Shown piece after piece: positions 12,145-27,567 of a stretch of 64,000 nt of DNA; within the stretch, counting starts at the first letter, position 1; every line of letters begins with the position of its first letter. The notes beneath the pieces were generated by a model. It saw only the letters and a program-made list of their open reading frames with translations. It was not told the DNA's origin and did not search any database. A program made the translations under genes and the position numbers. The DNA comes from Marsupella aquatica (taxonomy: Eukaryota > Plantae > Marchantiophyta): assembly GCA_973895155.1 (NCBI GenBank), contig OZ316898.1:18425292-18489291 (forward strand), read 5' to 3'.

Positions 12145-15100
12145 CTAAGCTGTCCCAGTGATGAGCTTTTCTTGTTTATCTAACCTTTTAACTTTAAGTA
12201 ACCCCACAAGGACCTGAAAGCCGAACAGTGCGCTCACACTAAATCCAGCTAGAGCAGGCACCTGCGCACAAGCCATGCAGACACACAATCCTCAGCACAT
12301 GCTACAATTTTTTCACACGGCCTAGTTGCAGCAACAACCGCAAATCTCGATCTATCACTGTCTGCAAGAATAGACTTGAGGTTTTCAAGAAGCTTACCCT
12401 GAAAGAATTTATGTACAGCATTGTTCCAAGGTTCAAAGCTGTTGCCGAAAGAATAGCCTATCACCACCCACACAAAAACAATAAGAAACAAATCCGCTCT
12501 TAGACTTAGCATTGTTGTTTAAACAAAAGGAATAGCAAACTTCAGTCTCATCTGGAAGGGGAACCGTTGTCCTCTGCACTGGATTGGAAACTTCCGTTCA
12601 AAAGTACCTGTCCAATATTTTGTTGGACGACAGCAACTCGCTTGAATTGCCTCTCAGATTCCAGTGTCCTCACCCGGAGTTTTAGGTCACCTTGTTCCTG
12701 TGCGACACCAACAAAAATAGGTCAATCATTCATGTTTCAAAGTGGGAGATACGAGGTTTTGCTCCAATGATGGGAGATCAATCTCGAAGTTCTTTCAGTG
12801 TGAAAAGACCTGAATACTCACCAGGCGCTGAATCACATCAGCAATTTTTTCTACGCGATCTGATTGTCGAAATAAATTTGCAAATGCCCGTGCCTGCCGA
12901 TCCCAACGCTTTCTAATGTCCTGTTCACAAGCATCAGTAAACCGCGTGAGAAGCCTTTCGGCGTATGTAACGTTCAAAACTCCTAACCCTATGAAATGCA
13001 CGATGCTGCAGAATATAAATGTGTTCAGTCGATGGGCAATGTCATACTTTAACAAGAACTTCAACACCAGCCTCCCGGAACTTCAAAAGCTCCAAGGCAT
13101 ACCTGCAAATTGCCAGCAGCAACTTAAAAAAAAACCATGTTCCAATCAATCGAAAACCCTAGCAAATATCAAAAAGATGATAGATTCCGGAAACAAACAG
13201 AACGAGAAGGATGAGGAAAAGGATTCAAAGACATACGGCTTGGCAATCTCTGATATATCAAACTGCGGATCCAATCCCTTGCCAATTCCATCAAGAACTG
13301 TGTTTGACAAATAACAATGCCCACCATTAATGCCTTAAAAACGTTCTATGACTATATTTCGTCACTAATTTCATGTAGGAACCAATCATCTCCAGAGGAC
13401 AACCCTCGCTTCGAAGGTCCGATTCAAGAGTGTTCTTCGTCTCGTAATATACACAAATCACCCATCAAACTCTGGTCTTCACTCCATCGGCATAGCAATA
13501 GACTACTTACGTAAGCTATAGTCAGGAAAGGTCTAGAGTTTAAATCTGCTCAGCGTTAGACATCTCGAGGGAAAAAACCGTTACAGAGTCGGGAGACAGG
13601 TGGTACCTGAAAAGGCTCTGACCACAAACGTGAAAGTTGCAGGGAAGCGGAAAGGCTGGTCCACAGCAATGGCTAGAAGATCCTCTCCTGCAGTACTTCA
13701 AACATCAGCTTATGAAGTCCTCTGAACTTCTTCGAGAACATAACTAAGGATGATAACTACTTGACCATTACAACACAAACTGGGCCTAGACAAGGAGGTG
13801 GATTCTGGAGATTTACAAGAAGTTCAATTCTAGTGTCACGCCCCACAGGAAGAATATGCAATGAACTCTGGGTTCAGAAAGTTTATAAATTAAGCCTTAA
13901 ACCCATGCGGGAGTAAATGACTGCAAAATTACGGTCAAATATGACTTCTTCGCGACTTTTTTGCGTCAAACCAGAGGTGGTTACTACGCCAGAGACTATA
14001 GTTAGACACTAACAAATATTTTCATTGTAAATGGTTTTCTTAAATTTCAACAGAGGCGGTCACTTTGATACCCCATGCTGAGAGGTAACTCTAATATTCA
14101 CAATGAGTGCGGAGAACAGTACCATTATATGCGAACAAGCTACTTAAGTAACAGCTGATAATTGTTCAAGGTGTGATTTGAACAGTACGATCATGCGTAG
14201 CGAGCAGTTACTTGACTGCGCTTGTGGCACAAGAGCTTCGTACAGTACAAGAATGATTGTGATTACCCACTCCGTTTGGACCCACACAACCGCTCTACCT
14301 ACCTGCCTACACAGTGCGAAAAGAGAGAACATACCAATAGCTGCAAGACGCACTTTCTTTTTCTCTTCTCTTTCCTCCTTTGTCAAGGGCTTGGCAAATC
14401 CTAGCTCCACCTCCCTCTCCTCTTTTTCTCTTTGTTCTTTCTCCAGTCGTTGTGCTGCAAGACGATCTTCAAAGCTGCATGACAAAACACGAAATCTAGT
14501 TTTAAGACTGTGTACAGAACACACCCTACAAGGTCGAAAAACTGCCCAGAAGCGATGCCGACGCGCCAACCCTAAACCCTATGCTCATGATTCGTTTAGC
14601 TGACAATAAGATACCTGTTTAAGAAAAACTGCGCAGTACGACGCACAGCAGTCAAGTCTCCGGTGGGTACCAATACACCCATTTGCACCATGGCTTGAAG
14701 GACCTGCATCATCCAAAGAAATTATTCAGAATGCAGGGACGAGGTAACAACAAACATTCACACCGTCGAGTTGAGATCGTTACGCTTGAGGAAATACGCA
14801 TACCTTCCGTTCGGAGAGACAATTGGGATATATTCATGTCACAGATGACATCCAGACTTGGATAATAGATGATCGTATTTAACATTAGAATGAATCGCTA
14901 CTGCGCTCAGATCAACGAAAGAATCTGTTTCGCTGGAGAAAATTTCACCCTACCTTATCCGGGTCCTTCTCGTAGACTCCATAAAACGCTTCAAGCAGTC
15001 CTTCTCTGATATTAGGACTAATACTGTGGATCCGAGCACCAGAAATGTATTAGAAAATAATTGTTGTCTACGTTCGGTTCATGTATCTGCCAATTCTCGA

Positions 15101-18100
15101 TGTGAAATGTCTAATCTCCGCAACATTATCTCATCGAGCAAGATTTTCGTGAAACTTACCTTCCCATCATCCCAAAATCATAAAATATCAGGCGCCCACC
15201 ATTATAATCATCAACGGCGATATTTCCTGGATGCTGACATCCAAGCCGAATGACAAGCATTTCTTCAGTATGAGATACAGATCAATATCCCTAACCAAAA
15301 GGACCACTGTCTTCTACAGGTTCTTCTAGAATCACGGGCACAAAATTTCCATTGTATCTCAAATAGGAGCAAAAAGGACAGCTCACTCACAGGATCTGCA
15401 TGGAAAAACCCATGTCGAAGAATCTGCTCCAAGTAAGCCTCCACTGAGTACCTTGCCAACCTGAAAAATGTACGACCATGAATCTCATTAGACGATGCGT
15501 CAATCGTATATCCAAATCATGAAGAAATGTCTACCATACCTTTTAAGGAAACCACGATTAGTCCAAACAGTGGGAGCAAAACTTCGGACTAAAACTCAGG
15601 GGTCCTTACGAGACAACAATTACCCTGCTGTGTACACTGGGGGTGATCGACAGTCTGAAGGAAGAAAATGAGGGGGGAAAATGAAGAATACCGCGAATGA
15701 AGAGAATCTGCCCCTTCTTTCAAATGACAGATCTACAATAATCCCAAGGGATGACATGGCATGGGAGCCTACAAACTAGCTAAGAGCAGTCCATCTCTTT
15801 GGTTTGCCAAAAACTTGTTAAGGGCCATAATTTTCCCCGTACCTTTGTCGATCCACTCCCAGCTCGTCCAGAGCAATAATCCGATTGATCTTGATTCCAG
15901 GTACGTATTCCATTGTCAGCACCTGCGTGCATTTTCATGTTTTTCAGAAGTAGCTTACGAGCTCCGAGGGAATTGGGAAATTGTGAGGAACATTCCGAAG
16001 CATATGCATATAAATTCCATTCCTGAGACGGGCCTGCAACTTGGAACAGATCTGTGTCGTCACCAACCTGGGGGGTGGTCAATTCCCAATTAATTCTTGG
16101 GACCTTCACGTAATCCAGATCCTTGAAATTCCTGGCAAATAGTTCGGCATTTGCAGCCTCTTTACAGTAGTCGATTTCCTGAGAACCCCGAATGACCTAG
16201 TTTAGTAAAACATGAGGAGAATGCCGGCCATATAAGGCCAGCAGTTCACACTAAGTGGTCTAGAAGGGGTAGCTTTGTAGCAAAATGAACAAGAAGTCCC
16301 CCAGGTGTTCATTACCAGAAAGGCTTCAGAAGCGTCTTACTCACAGAAAAATAAAGTTTACCTGTCAGTAACTTTTTTTCATGAATTTAGAACCTACTAC
16401 ACTCACAGCTCTTCAAATTGAACTCACAATCTGGGAAACACTCGTACATCAGTCTGCCACTCCGATTGCACAAGACCAGAACACACACCTCGTACAGAAC
16501 TGCCGCACATTCGTCATAGATAGCAACCCAATCCCTCTTGGCACCATCCGACTTCGGGTCAATCTTTTGCAAGTTCTCAGCAATGACCTGGTTCGGGAGA
16601 AAGAGTGTCAGACCACACAATCGTAGCACAGCTTCCCCCTCATTCAAAGAACATATTGAATTGTAGAATTTGAAGGCATATGCAGTACCCATTGTTCCTA
16701 GAAGCCTCGAAGGAAACAACTTTCTGTACACTTCCCATTTCCAGTCTAAGCATGAACTTCAAGCATATCCTAAAATCCATATACTCGTCATAGTCATTAC
16801 CAATAAGGAGACGGAATCCAGGCCTGAGAATAAATTTCAAATATGCAATACTTTAGCTGCATCTCCTTGAGTAAGGTGCTCAGAAGCAAAGGAGCTCACC
16901 CGCAAATTTTTCAGATCAATGTCGAAAAGATCCTTCAGGCCAGGGCGTTGAACTTTGACAACAACCTCTTCGCCTTTCAGCCGAGCACGGTGGACTTGTC
17001 CTGGAATTCAATAAGAATTCGGCATTCTTCAGAACAACACCTTCCTTGATGCACATCGAACAGTCGTCCACAACTAAAGATACTAGGCAGTTCAGCTTCT
17101 TGTTGAATTTCTGGCAACAACTCAGAAAAACTAATGGGCTCTCAGCACTGGGAAAAAGGCTTTACCGAGACTTGCTGCTGCGATAGGATCGAAGTCAAAT
17201 CGTTCAAAAAACTGATCCACAGGTCCACCGAGTTCGTCCTCAACGATCTTCACTGCAACGTCTGAATCAAATGGAGGCACTTGATCCTGAAAACAAATTC
17301 TAAAATAGTCAATGTCGCAAATAAACTTCCGCTCGCTCAAACTGCCCACATCTTAAAACTGTCCAATCCCACCATGCATTTTTAAGCAGCTTTAGGCTTG
17401 ATGAATCCTGCTGCCAGGGTGCAGGGACGGGTATCGAAAAGGTACAATTCAAATGTTATGATATACGGTCCAAGATGCACATCTGTCGAAATAGGAATTT
17501 ATGGGCCATAGCTCAAGAGGGCGAACCTGCAGCTCAGCTAGCTGGTCAACATACTCCTGCGGGAGAATATCCACCCTAGTGGAGAACTGTTGGCCAATCT
17601 TGATGAAAGTTGGCCCCAGCCTCAGAAGACCCTCTTTTAGCCATTTTGCCAATGCTCGTCGTTTTACCTTCATTTTCTCCTCTGTTTTCCCACCTGAGGT
17701 TCACGACAGCACAGTGTGAAAGAATTACTATCCTGTGGAGATGCAATTAACGCACGAACTGCTCGAATCCACATTCCACGTCACATCCGGCCAGCCGGGG
17801 CCTAGATTGCTTGGCACACTTGAAGATGCGGACGACCCATCCAGGAAAAACAACTCGGAGACTCCTGTCTCCTAAATGATAGTGGGCACAGGCTGGGCAA
17901 GAGGAGTCGGTCACTCGCTTGATGTGGAGGGCCCAAAATTGCAGCCAAATCACTTAGGCAAATACGACTTGAATTCGAGAAATTGTAACACAGTTTCGTC
18001 CACTGAATATATAATATGTACACCAAGATTCGAGGCTGTATTCCAGGAGATACGGTTGGAAGTGGACACAAAGCTCCATACCTCGATACATGAACTTCTG

Positions 18101-19350
18101 GTTGTTCAGCCACCATTTGAACAGAAAGCTTATCACAAAGCCCCAGATCTCGAAGGTTCTTTGAATTGTTGAGTACGTCTTAAATCTGTTCCAACGACCG
18201 CCTGGAGCTACAGACACCTGAGAGAGGAAACTCGTTTCAGTAGATGGAAAATTCACCGATGTCACCAGCTTTGGGCTCATAACAAGCAGAGCGAGCGGGC
18301 CAATTCGAAAAGGCGGATGGAAGCAGAAGACAAGCACAAGTTTCAGAAGACCCTCAAAGCTATCATTCCCTCACCAATCAAGAACAGAAATAATAATTCC
18401 CAAATAACGCATTCGACGCAGTCGTACAGGTATCCCAAACGCAATTTGGGCCTTGCGAACTGACAGTCTAGTGACCGAATTAATGACCGTTGAGTGGCTG
18501 GCTAGCTAGAGATGAATCAGTGGAAATCCAAAAAAGTACAACCCTTCACTTTAACCAACAACTTTCCCACGACAATGGAGACTAAGAGGCTGACCGAATG
18601 TACCTTGACGTTTTCACGATTCCCCTGCTTAAACCAAGGATCTTCCTGACCAATGGCATCGACTTTGCCTGAACTGACTTCTGTCTGGAATGCGGGTCCA
18701 CTCTCAATCTTCTCAGCCACTACTTCAGCCACGAATTTCTCGTTTTTCTGGGCAACCGAGTCTTTCAGTTCAACAGCTGCGTTGCTGCTGCCATTGGATC
18801 CCATAGCAGCTCCGTTCGTGCTACTTCTGGTAGCTCCATTAGTAGTGCTCACGGTAGCTCCATTGACCGCTGTTGCTGCTCCATTTCCCCCGGTGGAAGA
18901 CTCGTACGCAGCACCATTGACCTGCCCGCCATTAGCCGCAGCACCATTCCCGTTCTCCAAGGCGACCTGCTTGAAACCTCCGTTCTCCTCGCCCTGTCCA
19001 CTTTCCCTGCTGGATTGCTCGACTGTCAGCTGCGCTACAGCCGACCTTCTCCTGCTCCTACTCCTTTCTGTTCCTCCAACCCTTCCCGGAAAAATGTTAC
19101 CAGCTCCTCCATCCCTAAACCCTGTTCTGAGCCTGTTTCTACCGGCAAATGCCCTCCGTTCGAATGTGAGGCGGTTGTGGTCGGGCCTAAAGAGAAGAGA
19201 TGCCTTGAGAGATGAGGAGGAATAATGTGCCGGAGTGGTGCAGGACGCCCTGGCTGAAGAGGAGTATCTGAGGAGCGGAACGCTTCCCAGACCAGCAGGC
19301 ACAACCGCAACACCACAACAGGAAGCAGAAGACACTGCGGCGGCTACCAT
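12145..19350 (-). CDS. ABC1K8: Chloroplast ABC1 atypical kinase (ABC1K8/OSA1 orthologue), 20 coding exons
   Basis: Exons with GT-AG introns reconstructed by eye: transit-peptide-like exon 1 (ATG 19350, MVAAAVSS...GQEDPWFKQ), [93 protein letters not shown], and C-terminus [10 protein letters not shown] (TAG at 12145-12147). Confidence 0.95.
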
Positions 19351-20487
19351 ACTGCCTGCAGTATGGTGTATGCTAGCCGCAGCTGCTCCGCCCTCCAATT
19401 AGAAGATCCACCTCTTTACTCCACCTCCGAAAATCATGAACTCAATTCCAATCCCTCCCTTCCTCTACCTTCCTTTGCTTTCCTCTGCCTTCCTCAGGGT
19501 TTCTCGGCCTTTCTCTGTCCGTTCCTTCCGCTCTTCCTGTTGTCCGAATGCCAGATCTATCCTCTGCTCCGGACCAATCTTGCGGTCCTCCTTGAGTACG
19601 ATTGTGTCTGTTGAGTTCTCTCGACCTTCGGGTCGGTCTCTCACAGCTCTCCTCGAGCTTGCTCTCTCGAGAAGAAATCTCTCTCCTGGTCGGGTGAGGG
19701 CATCTGATGAGGAAAGAAAAAGAAGAGAGTTCCTCTGGGCTGACAGTCTCCAAGAGCCCGAGTCGACAGGAAATCAGCCGATCGCCATGTCCAGCCAGAA
19801 AGGAGCTGAACAGCAAGCAATCCCTGAAATGAAGATGTCTCTTCTTTCCGCTCTGGGACCGAAGAAGAGGGGAGAGGAGCAGGGAAAAGAGTCGATTAAA
19901 TTATAACAAAAAAATCTCTCCAAACTTTAGGAAAGGACGAAATCAATCAATGCGCCAATCCCGTTGAAACGACAGATAAAAATCACCGCATTTCGAGTGT
20001 TCGCTGCTCTCTCATCCACAAGCTTGGATCGTCCGAACATCCATTCCTCTGTTCCTGGCACGAATCGAATCGGGAGGCGAACACGCGCCCAATCAGAGCG
20101 GACCTGAGCTGAGCCGAGAGCTCTGTTTCTCTGTCTCTGTATTTCGTCACTCGGCCCCTCCGTTTACAGACTCGTAACAAATCAGTGTCTCTCACCAGGG
20201 GTGAAACAGAGTGGGCCGAGAGGCCGAGAGCCACGAAGTCCGAGTTGGTGTACTGCGTTGTCCACTCAACGTCGTGCAATACCAGCCACAAGATTCAGCA
20301 CCGCACGGAGCGCCTCCGACCACAAGATCTGCCCACCGCGATACAAACTTAGCCAAGTGTCATTGCCCGATTCCCTCAAAAGCGTTCGCTCCCTAGACAC
20401 AGGGCTTACTTGTCATATCCAATAGTTAATTAATTATCATACCTACATGGATCCAGATCTTACGCAATACTTAATTATTATACCTAC

Positions 20488-20518
20488 ATGGATGGATGGA
20501 TGGATGGATGGATGGATG
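20488..20518. repeat. (ATGG)n microsatellite
   Basis: About 7-8 perfect ATGG units. Confidence 0.9.
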
Positions 20519-23299
20519 CATAAAGAAAAGTTAAATTGTAGTAGTGAGATGCACTCTACTGTAGTCTTGCATTTTCATAAATCAATGTGGACAAACGTAC
20601 CTGAAACCCACAGTAATTTTGATAAGCGATTTCTTCATGCGAAAGTAAACATTAGTATGTTGATGTCTAGGGATCAATTATCAAAATCACATTCTCATGC
20701 TTGCATGATGACAAAAATGTTTTTATGTGAGTACTAGTGACGATTCTAGATAAAACGTATCATTGCAAAAATGTTGTCAAGGGCTGAAGATGTTCATGCA
20801 AAACACTACAAGCCAAGTCCAGGATATGCAATTTTGGTAACTTTGGGTTAAAAGTATATATCCACCCTTTTTAAACCTTGTATATTGATCATCACATTTA
20901 CTGAATTGACTTTTAGAGAGTCCTTAGTTTATTAAATAGTTTTAGATGTGACTCGGTGCAATCCTCTTTTTTTTTTCTTTCTTTGGTCCCACATTTTTGG
21001 ATATGCTATGTTGTTCATTCTTTCATTTTTTACTTGCCTGAGTTCTTCAATAGAAAAAATTGTCTCTCAATGGACTCCGTGAATAAATGACGAGGAGATT
21101 CGTGTGCTTTGATGCTGGGCACTGTAAGGTAAGGTCGTAAGTCACTTCAGTCCCTTGGAGGTATACTCTATGGGAGGTATATTTAGACTGTGAAAATAAT
21201 CTATGCAATCAAAAGCTACTCCCTGGCCTTCTGTGAATACTCTAGAGAGTGAGTCTAATAAAGGCATAATTGAAAGTGAGGGGGAAGACAGAAAAGAGGG
21301 TTGGAGCAAAGATGAATTACTCTAAAGCTTGACTCGAAGGGGATGATTGAAAATTTGAAAGTGAGGACAGAAAAGAGTGTTGGGGACAAAGATGAAAGGG
21401 AAATGATAAGGATTTTCTTTCCCAAGCTCTTTGGTTGTCGTATGTTTATTTACTTTGAAGGAACTACCGTAGTAATCATGCTAGTCTATGTGATGGCCTG
21501 TTGTTCAGAATGAAGCGTGACTCTAGGGCGTAGCTGCATGTGGGGGTGCAGTTGAAAACGGACACGTTGGTACTCGGCATCCATTTATGAGCCAAGCTCT
21601 GCATTCAAGCTAGTATCAGTTCAAGTCAATGAATTGTGTGCTGTCGTGGTTGAAGGCACTAACTTTACCATACAGCAGTGTTACAAAGATTTTTAATCAG
21701 CAAAGTTGGATGCATTTCAAAGTTTCGGTCTCCGTAACTGCGCATCAAAAGACACCTAGTTATTTTCTTTAAATCAATGAATGCATATATTTATCTGTGA
21801 TTACCATATGTTGATGTGAAGTCCACCGGATAGATACTTTGGTGCAGTGGTGGTCAGATAAGCAGGTACATGACTTTTTTATGAGGATGAACATTTGCTA
21901 CGAATGGTAAAGGCGGCAGAAAAACAGAGCAAAAACCTCTACACATTCAAAAGCTATGCGGCAGAAAAACAGAGCTAAAACCTTTACACATGCAAAAGCT
22001 ATGCCCTATGAAGAGTTGATTCCCCGCTAGAGACTAACGAAAAGAGTGTTTCCAAGCCAGCCCTACTGTGTTCTCAACATGGTCGCAGAGATTATTGTGG
22101 ATGCTAACTACAGCTCGCTGCGACCAGGGCGCCCAACCAGGGTTCGCAAGATATCTAGCACAGAGCAGTGCTCACTGGCCTTAGCTAGTGACTTCGACTC
22201 TATATGGCTACTCAAATAATAAGTGCTAGCTCATCTCATCCAGACTGAGAGGCGGTGTGGAGGAAACGCTGGTTTTGATCTTAAGTGCCATGTGCTTAAC
22301 AAAAGCCACTTCAGAATTGCGGTGCCGTCAGCTCTTAATTTATGAATGGTGCCGTCAATGAATGATCCCGTCAATTAATGAATGATTTATATTCGATTCG
22401 TCAATGATTTAATGTTATCCATTGAACATCAAAAGTGGCATTCAAATAGTAAGTTCATCTTGCTGATAACACAGCCTTTCGAATTTTTGGATTCCTGACG
22501 ATGTTCATGAAGAAAGTAACTATGAGCAACAAGTGTATCAATAGAAAACGGACTGTCTAGACGTAATTAGTAAGTAGAAGCGTGGAAGTTGTATGAATTA
22601 AGAGTACTCTTGCTTGGCGCCGCACATCCTGATCAAATACTCTTTAGTAAGTTTGGAAATGCACAGACTGCTACATATATTTGCTACCGAACAGTTTCTG
22701 CCGGGGTGCCTGCCTATGCGTAACGATAGCTGTGATTTAACATGATTAGGTTCTGACTTATCTGAAAACAAAATATGGCACTTTTGCATAGAATGGGATG
22801 GGACGGTGCTTACCTGTCCAGATTCGGAAATATTCAGAAGTTGCTTTCCAGGTTAACAGCGAAATTCACGAGGTTCACTTTCACTCAGAAATCGGTGTCG
22901 ACTTCACATTATGTTGAAAATTCTTCAGTTTCCTCGGCTTGAGATACTGAAAGCAAAAGTTCACTTGTCACAATTACACGAGCTCCTATGTTGGGTGGTA
23001 GATAATAATCATTCAAGCTGTCAAGCTAGGCAAACGTAAAGACGACAGTATGCCGTAAGTGTTTCACCTCCTTCAGACTACCTCCTTCAGACTAGGCAGA
23101 GCACTGTAGCATCATGTATTATGGATTGCAATATTCAAGCATGATCTTTTCAAGTGATGCCGAGACCCCAGCCGAGACCATAATAAGCAAACTCGCCATT
23201 TCCAAGACAACCGAGATGTTGTATTTCGGAGGATACCGTTTTCCCGGAACGTTTTAAGCTTCATTGGGCAGAAAGTAGACGGAACATCTGGCCATGGAC

Positions 23300-23891
23300 T
23301 CAGTAATCACACGAACAAGAGAATTATAGGAGTAGACTTCTAGCTGGGAACTGAGTGAGGATTCATTGAAGGGCCGCCCATATACTGAGCGAACTGGCGC
23401 TGGAAAGGGAGCTCAGCGTCACCATTGACTTTATTGCCTGGAGTCAAGGAAAGTTTGCTTATTCTTGCACGTCACTTGCCAACCTTTTGGGGCTGGTTTA
23501 CATTGAATCTACGTCTCGGCACAATACTCTACTGCAATTAATTCCTCCGGCCCGAGTCGATGAATCTTTTACCTTTAAGACCTGCGCTAGGGGTTCATAT
23601 CTTCTTGTGAAGAAGGTCCTCGATCCGTCTCAGTCAAACGCATCTTCCATGGCGGATTGCGAATCGAGATACACGTTTGAAAGACTCAAGAGTGATGGAA
23701 GACATTTAGAATGCTCTGCCTATCATATAGGTAATTGGAATGAGTCCAGCAGTCAATTTAAACTGGAAGGAGTACGTGATCTGGGTGAGCAAGCTTTTGC
23801 AGTCTCAGATTCAGACTCCGCTCTTGAGTCCTCTCAGTCGAGCGGTCTGGAATCTAAAATTGAAGCACTGGTCTGTCTGGGTCTGAGCTAG
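23300..23891 (+). pseudogene. DUF295/KIB1-4 beta-propeller-like (F-box-associated) gene fragment
   Basis: In-frame DFIAWSQGKFAY...YLLVKKV...FKLEGVRDLGEQAFAV resembles the D-x-GKFY and V-x-LG-x-ALF motifs of DUF295. Upstream sequence is interrupted by stops. Confidence 0.4.
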
Positions 23892-26149
23892 CTTTTGTAC
23901 ATTTTTTTGCCTTGAAAACCCATAGCTGACTCATGACTCATTCATCCACAGACGATCAACTCAGGAGCATGCACCTCTGTAGGGTAGCTAGCCCACAAGG
24001 GGGGTAATGGGGTCATACCTAGGACCAGGAGGAAGAGAGGGTTGGACCACAGCCCAAAGCCTACCAGCCAGCCTTAAGAGAAACCGGTACTCCCACCACT
24101 ACACCCCACACACACACTCACCCTTCACAACCCACAACCCTCACAACCCACAACCCTTGCATGTGGAGGGATGATGCAGAGGTTGACTCTGTCCAGCAAT
24201 CAATCTAAGTAAACCAAGGCAACTTTTGCACACTCAAATGCCATAGTTGAGTCAGATCAGGCCATGGTCCTCAAGTCTTCTCCCCCGCCTCTCCCCTTCC
24301 CCCTTGCTCTGTCCCAACCCATGCTTCCCCTCTCCGCTGGAAATGTCCATTCAAGACTTCCCTCTTTTTACACATTCCATGGGCTTCCTTCCTCTACCAT
24401 GCCAGTCTACTCCACCAGTTCAGAAGAAAATTACTATTAATGGTGAAACCTGGTGGATCCAGGTTTGATGATGGACAGTGGCAATTTAATTATGATCCCA
24501 GTCCCGATGCTGATTTTCAAGATGCATGGTTCAAAATTCTAAGACCACATTTGATCATCATGATGCTGAATCTTACTACTTAGAGCCAGCCGTGTTGCCC
24601 TTTCAACTATACATGCATGTACTATATGTCTGATTTGAATTTGAATCTAACTGTGAGGCTCTGTGTTGTCGTGCGGCCACACGTGTATGGCTTGTTTGAC
24701 ACTAGAGCTAATGTTTATAATACTATGCATTCTTGTCAATGTATACAATGTCAATACACTGATTCACTCGGAACTGTGATCATAGTCAATGGAATTCAGC
24801 GACGCAGTTGGACACTGAAGAACAATAGAACATGTTGTGTTTACAATGACAATCTTGCATGATAAGGACTGCACACTGCGTTAGAAGAACATCTCACGCC
24901 GAATGATACCTCTGGTGGGCCGAAGGTCTATTGGGAGAGTTTTTTTCATCTTTTGGTTGGTTAAGTAGAAAGGTGTTTGGAGGTCCATTAAGTATAGATC
25001 TCCATAAAAGTTTGACTCGAAAAGGTACTGGCATATAGTACAGCATGCACATGTAAGTTGCACTCTAGAAGATAGCATATACCCAAGCCAGGGTACCGTA
25101 TTTCAGTAAGTTGCACTCTAGAAGGTAGCAAGAATATACCCTTGCATATACCCAAGGGCACCCAATTTCAGTCCATCCAATAGTACCAAAAACTCTAGAA
25201 AATCCTGAAAAAACATCTGATGGCTGAAGTTTTGGCTTTCCTTTCAAGTCTCTAACCAGACCATGGGGAGGAATTTAGGCAGGATTCTGTATTAAAGCAG
25301 TAGATGCAAGTGGCTGATTTGGGACTAATAGATCAAGCCCAGGGATTAAGTAACACACCCTACTTATAAGATTCAAACTGCGGCATTGGATTCCTACAAT
25401 GCCATTGAAAAATATATAAGCTGACCAAGATTTCAAGAGCCAATAGCCCATATATATTGGAAGGACGTCATTGGACACTTAAATCACCACAGTCACTCAT
25501 CACCTTCTGGTCATGCAAATTCCATAATAAGTACAATTTCTGATTAACAAAAAGTTAGGAAGAGGGGGGGAGGGGGGCGAGCTGCTTGTTTAAATCCCCT
25601 TTGGCACCCAAAATGCCAAAGAACAAGAAATGTACCCATTTTTTCCTCCATTGTTTACTTCTTTTAGGACTTTTATCATTTATTGTGGGGTTTTGACCTG
25701 ACTACGTACTGTAGACCTGAGGAGGGACACTGGTGGTTTCAGAGGTGGGTTAAACCACAACTGCTCATATACAAGGAGGAACTGTCCAAGACTTCTTCCT
25801 TTTTTCCACATTCCATTCATATTTTTCCTCTAGATACCAGTTTACTCCATGATTTCAGAATTAACTTCCTCTTAATAATGAGATTTGGATCTATGGGTAG
25901 ACCATAGCTCTTGAAGGGCAGCTTGGTCTAAGTATGAGTTTGTGTCAACATGGTAGGTAATTGGTCAAGCACACAGGGATGATGGGCACTCTCGGCCTAG
26001 TGTATTGTCATTTCTCAGTGTAGTGTGTTTGTCCAGCTCCTGGTTCAAGCAAGAAGAGTTACAATTTTAGTGCATAACCACCATTTTAGTGCGTAAGCAG
26101 TGCTGAGGGACTAACCTAGGTACACTGCCCAGGGGAACCCAGAGCAGTC

Positions 26150-26456
26150 TCTTGCACCAAAAGGGATTTGTCACTTAGGCAATGGCAAGTCAGTTTATGA
26201 GACAGTCTCGTGCATCAAAACAGATTTGCCACTTTGGGCGTGGCAAGTCAGTTAACCATACCTGCCTCGTGCAGCAAAAGAGACTTGTCACAAGTCACTA
26301 GTTCAAAAATACTTGCCTGCAGCAAAAGAGTCTTGTCACTTTGGGCAATTGCAGGTCAGTTTACCAGACACACTAAGTCACTAGTTCAAAATACTTGCCT
26401 GCAGCAAAAGAGTCTTGTCACTTTGGGCAATTGCAGGTCAGTTTACCAGACACACT
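26150..26456. repeat. Tandem array ending in an exact 83-bp duplication
   Basis: aagtcactagttcaaaaatacttgcctgcagcaaaagagtcttgtcactttgggcaattgcaggtcagtttaccagacacact at 26292 and 26375, preceded by diverged copies. Confidence 0.85.
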
Positions 26457-27358
26457 GGTGGCAGTGCCCTCAGTGGCCTTATATACAGAAAGCTTTGAAG
26501 AGCCCGACTCTTCTTCAGTAACTTCACTCCTCCTCTATCTTATCTTACTGATCATTTGTGAAGGGAAACTACTTTGAAGGTCTATGGTCTAGTAAAAGTG
26601 AAGCCTCTAGTCTACTTTAACACAAAAAATGTTTGAATTTATAATATTTTTATTGTATTTATAAATATGTCATATTTATTGTATCTAGTTCCCTTGGTTG
26701 CTTTGGTGAACTTGTCATCCATATACAAAAGTGTGACATTTTTGTAAATATGAAAAACTAATGTGACAATATTATCAATTAGAATATATTTAATGGCAAA
26801 ATACTTAAAAGACATTTTTGACAATTATTGTTAACAAGGACAACACTTAAAAAACGAGGGGTCCGTAAATAGGGACCCGAGAAAAGATAACAACAGTGAC
26901 ATTGACTCTAAATAAAATGAATCTACAGTAAACAAACAGAGACAAAAATGAAATAAGACATCGACTCCAAATAAATCTAAGTAAATACAAAAATGAAATA
27001 AAGGTGGACAAAAACGAGGATGGGAAAAGATGAAGGTGGAGCAAAGATGTAAGATAGAATTCTTGTATTTCAATATTATTTTTGTGTCTTCGTGTCTATT
27101 TAAGTTCAAGGATCGGGTAGTAGGCACAAAAGGCGGACATAGCTGTAACAGGACCCCACGTTGTTTCCGCTGCTCTGAACATCGTGATTGTGTTTTACCT
27201 CGCCGCAGAACTGCCAGCTCGGTGGTCGCCAATTGCATTTTATTGCTTTTCGTTTGAAAGATCGGGTTGATTTGAGTTGGAATCGCAACTCGAAGTAGCT
27301 TCTTTCGATCGACTTCTACCTCACCTTGGACCGGGCTCGCCGCACGTATCGATCAAAC

Positions 27359-27540
27359 GAAGCGAATAGAGATGGTCAGGTTTTACTTCTGTTGAAAGAA
27401 CTCGAAGCGAATAGAGATAGTCAGGTTTTGCTTCTGTTGAGAGAACTCGAAGCGCATAGAGATAGTCAGGTTTTGCTTCTGTTGAAAGAACTCGAAGCGA
27501 ATAGAGATAGTCAGGTTTTGCTTCTGTTGAGAGAACTCGT
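27359..27540. repeat. 45-bp minisatellite x4
   Basis: Unit gaagcgaatagagatagtcaggttttgcttctgttga(a/g)agaactc. Confidence 0.9.
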
Positions 27541-27567
27541 GGAGAAGTTTGGCAACGCATTTGGAAG

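Noticed and set aside
18653-19906. + strand ORFs of 190 and 156 aa
   Set aside because: They are antisense to ABC1K8 exon 1 and its 5' UTR, with low-complexity translations.
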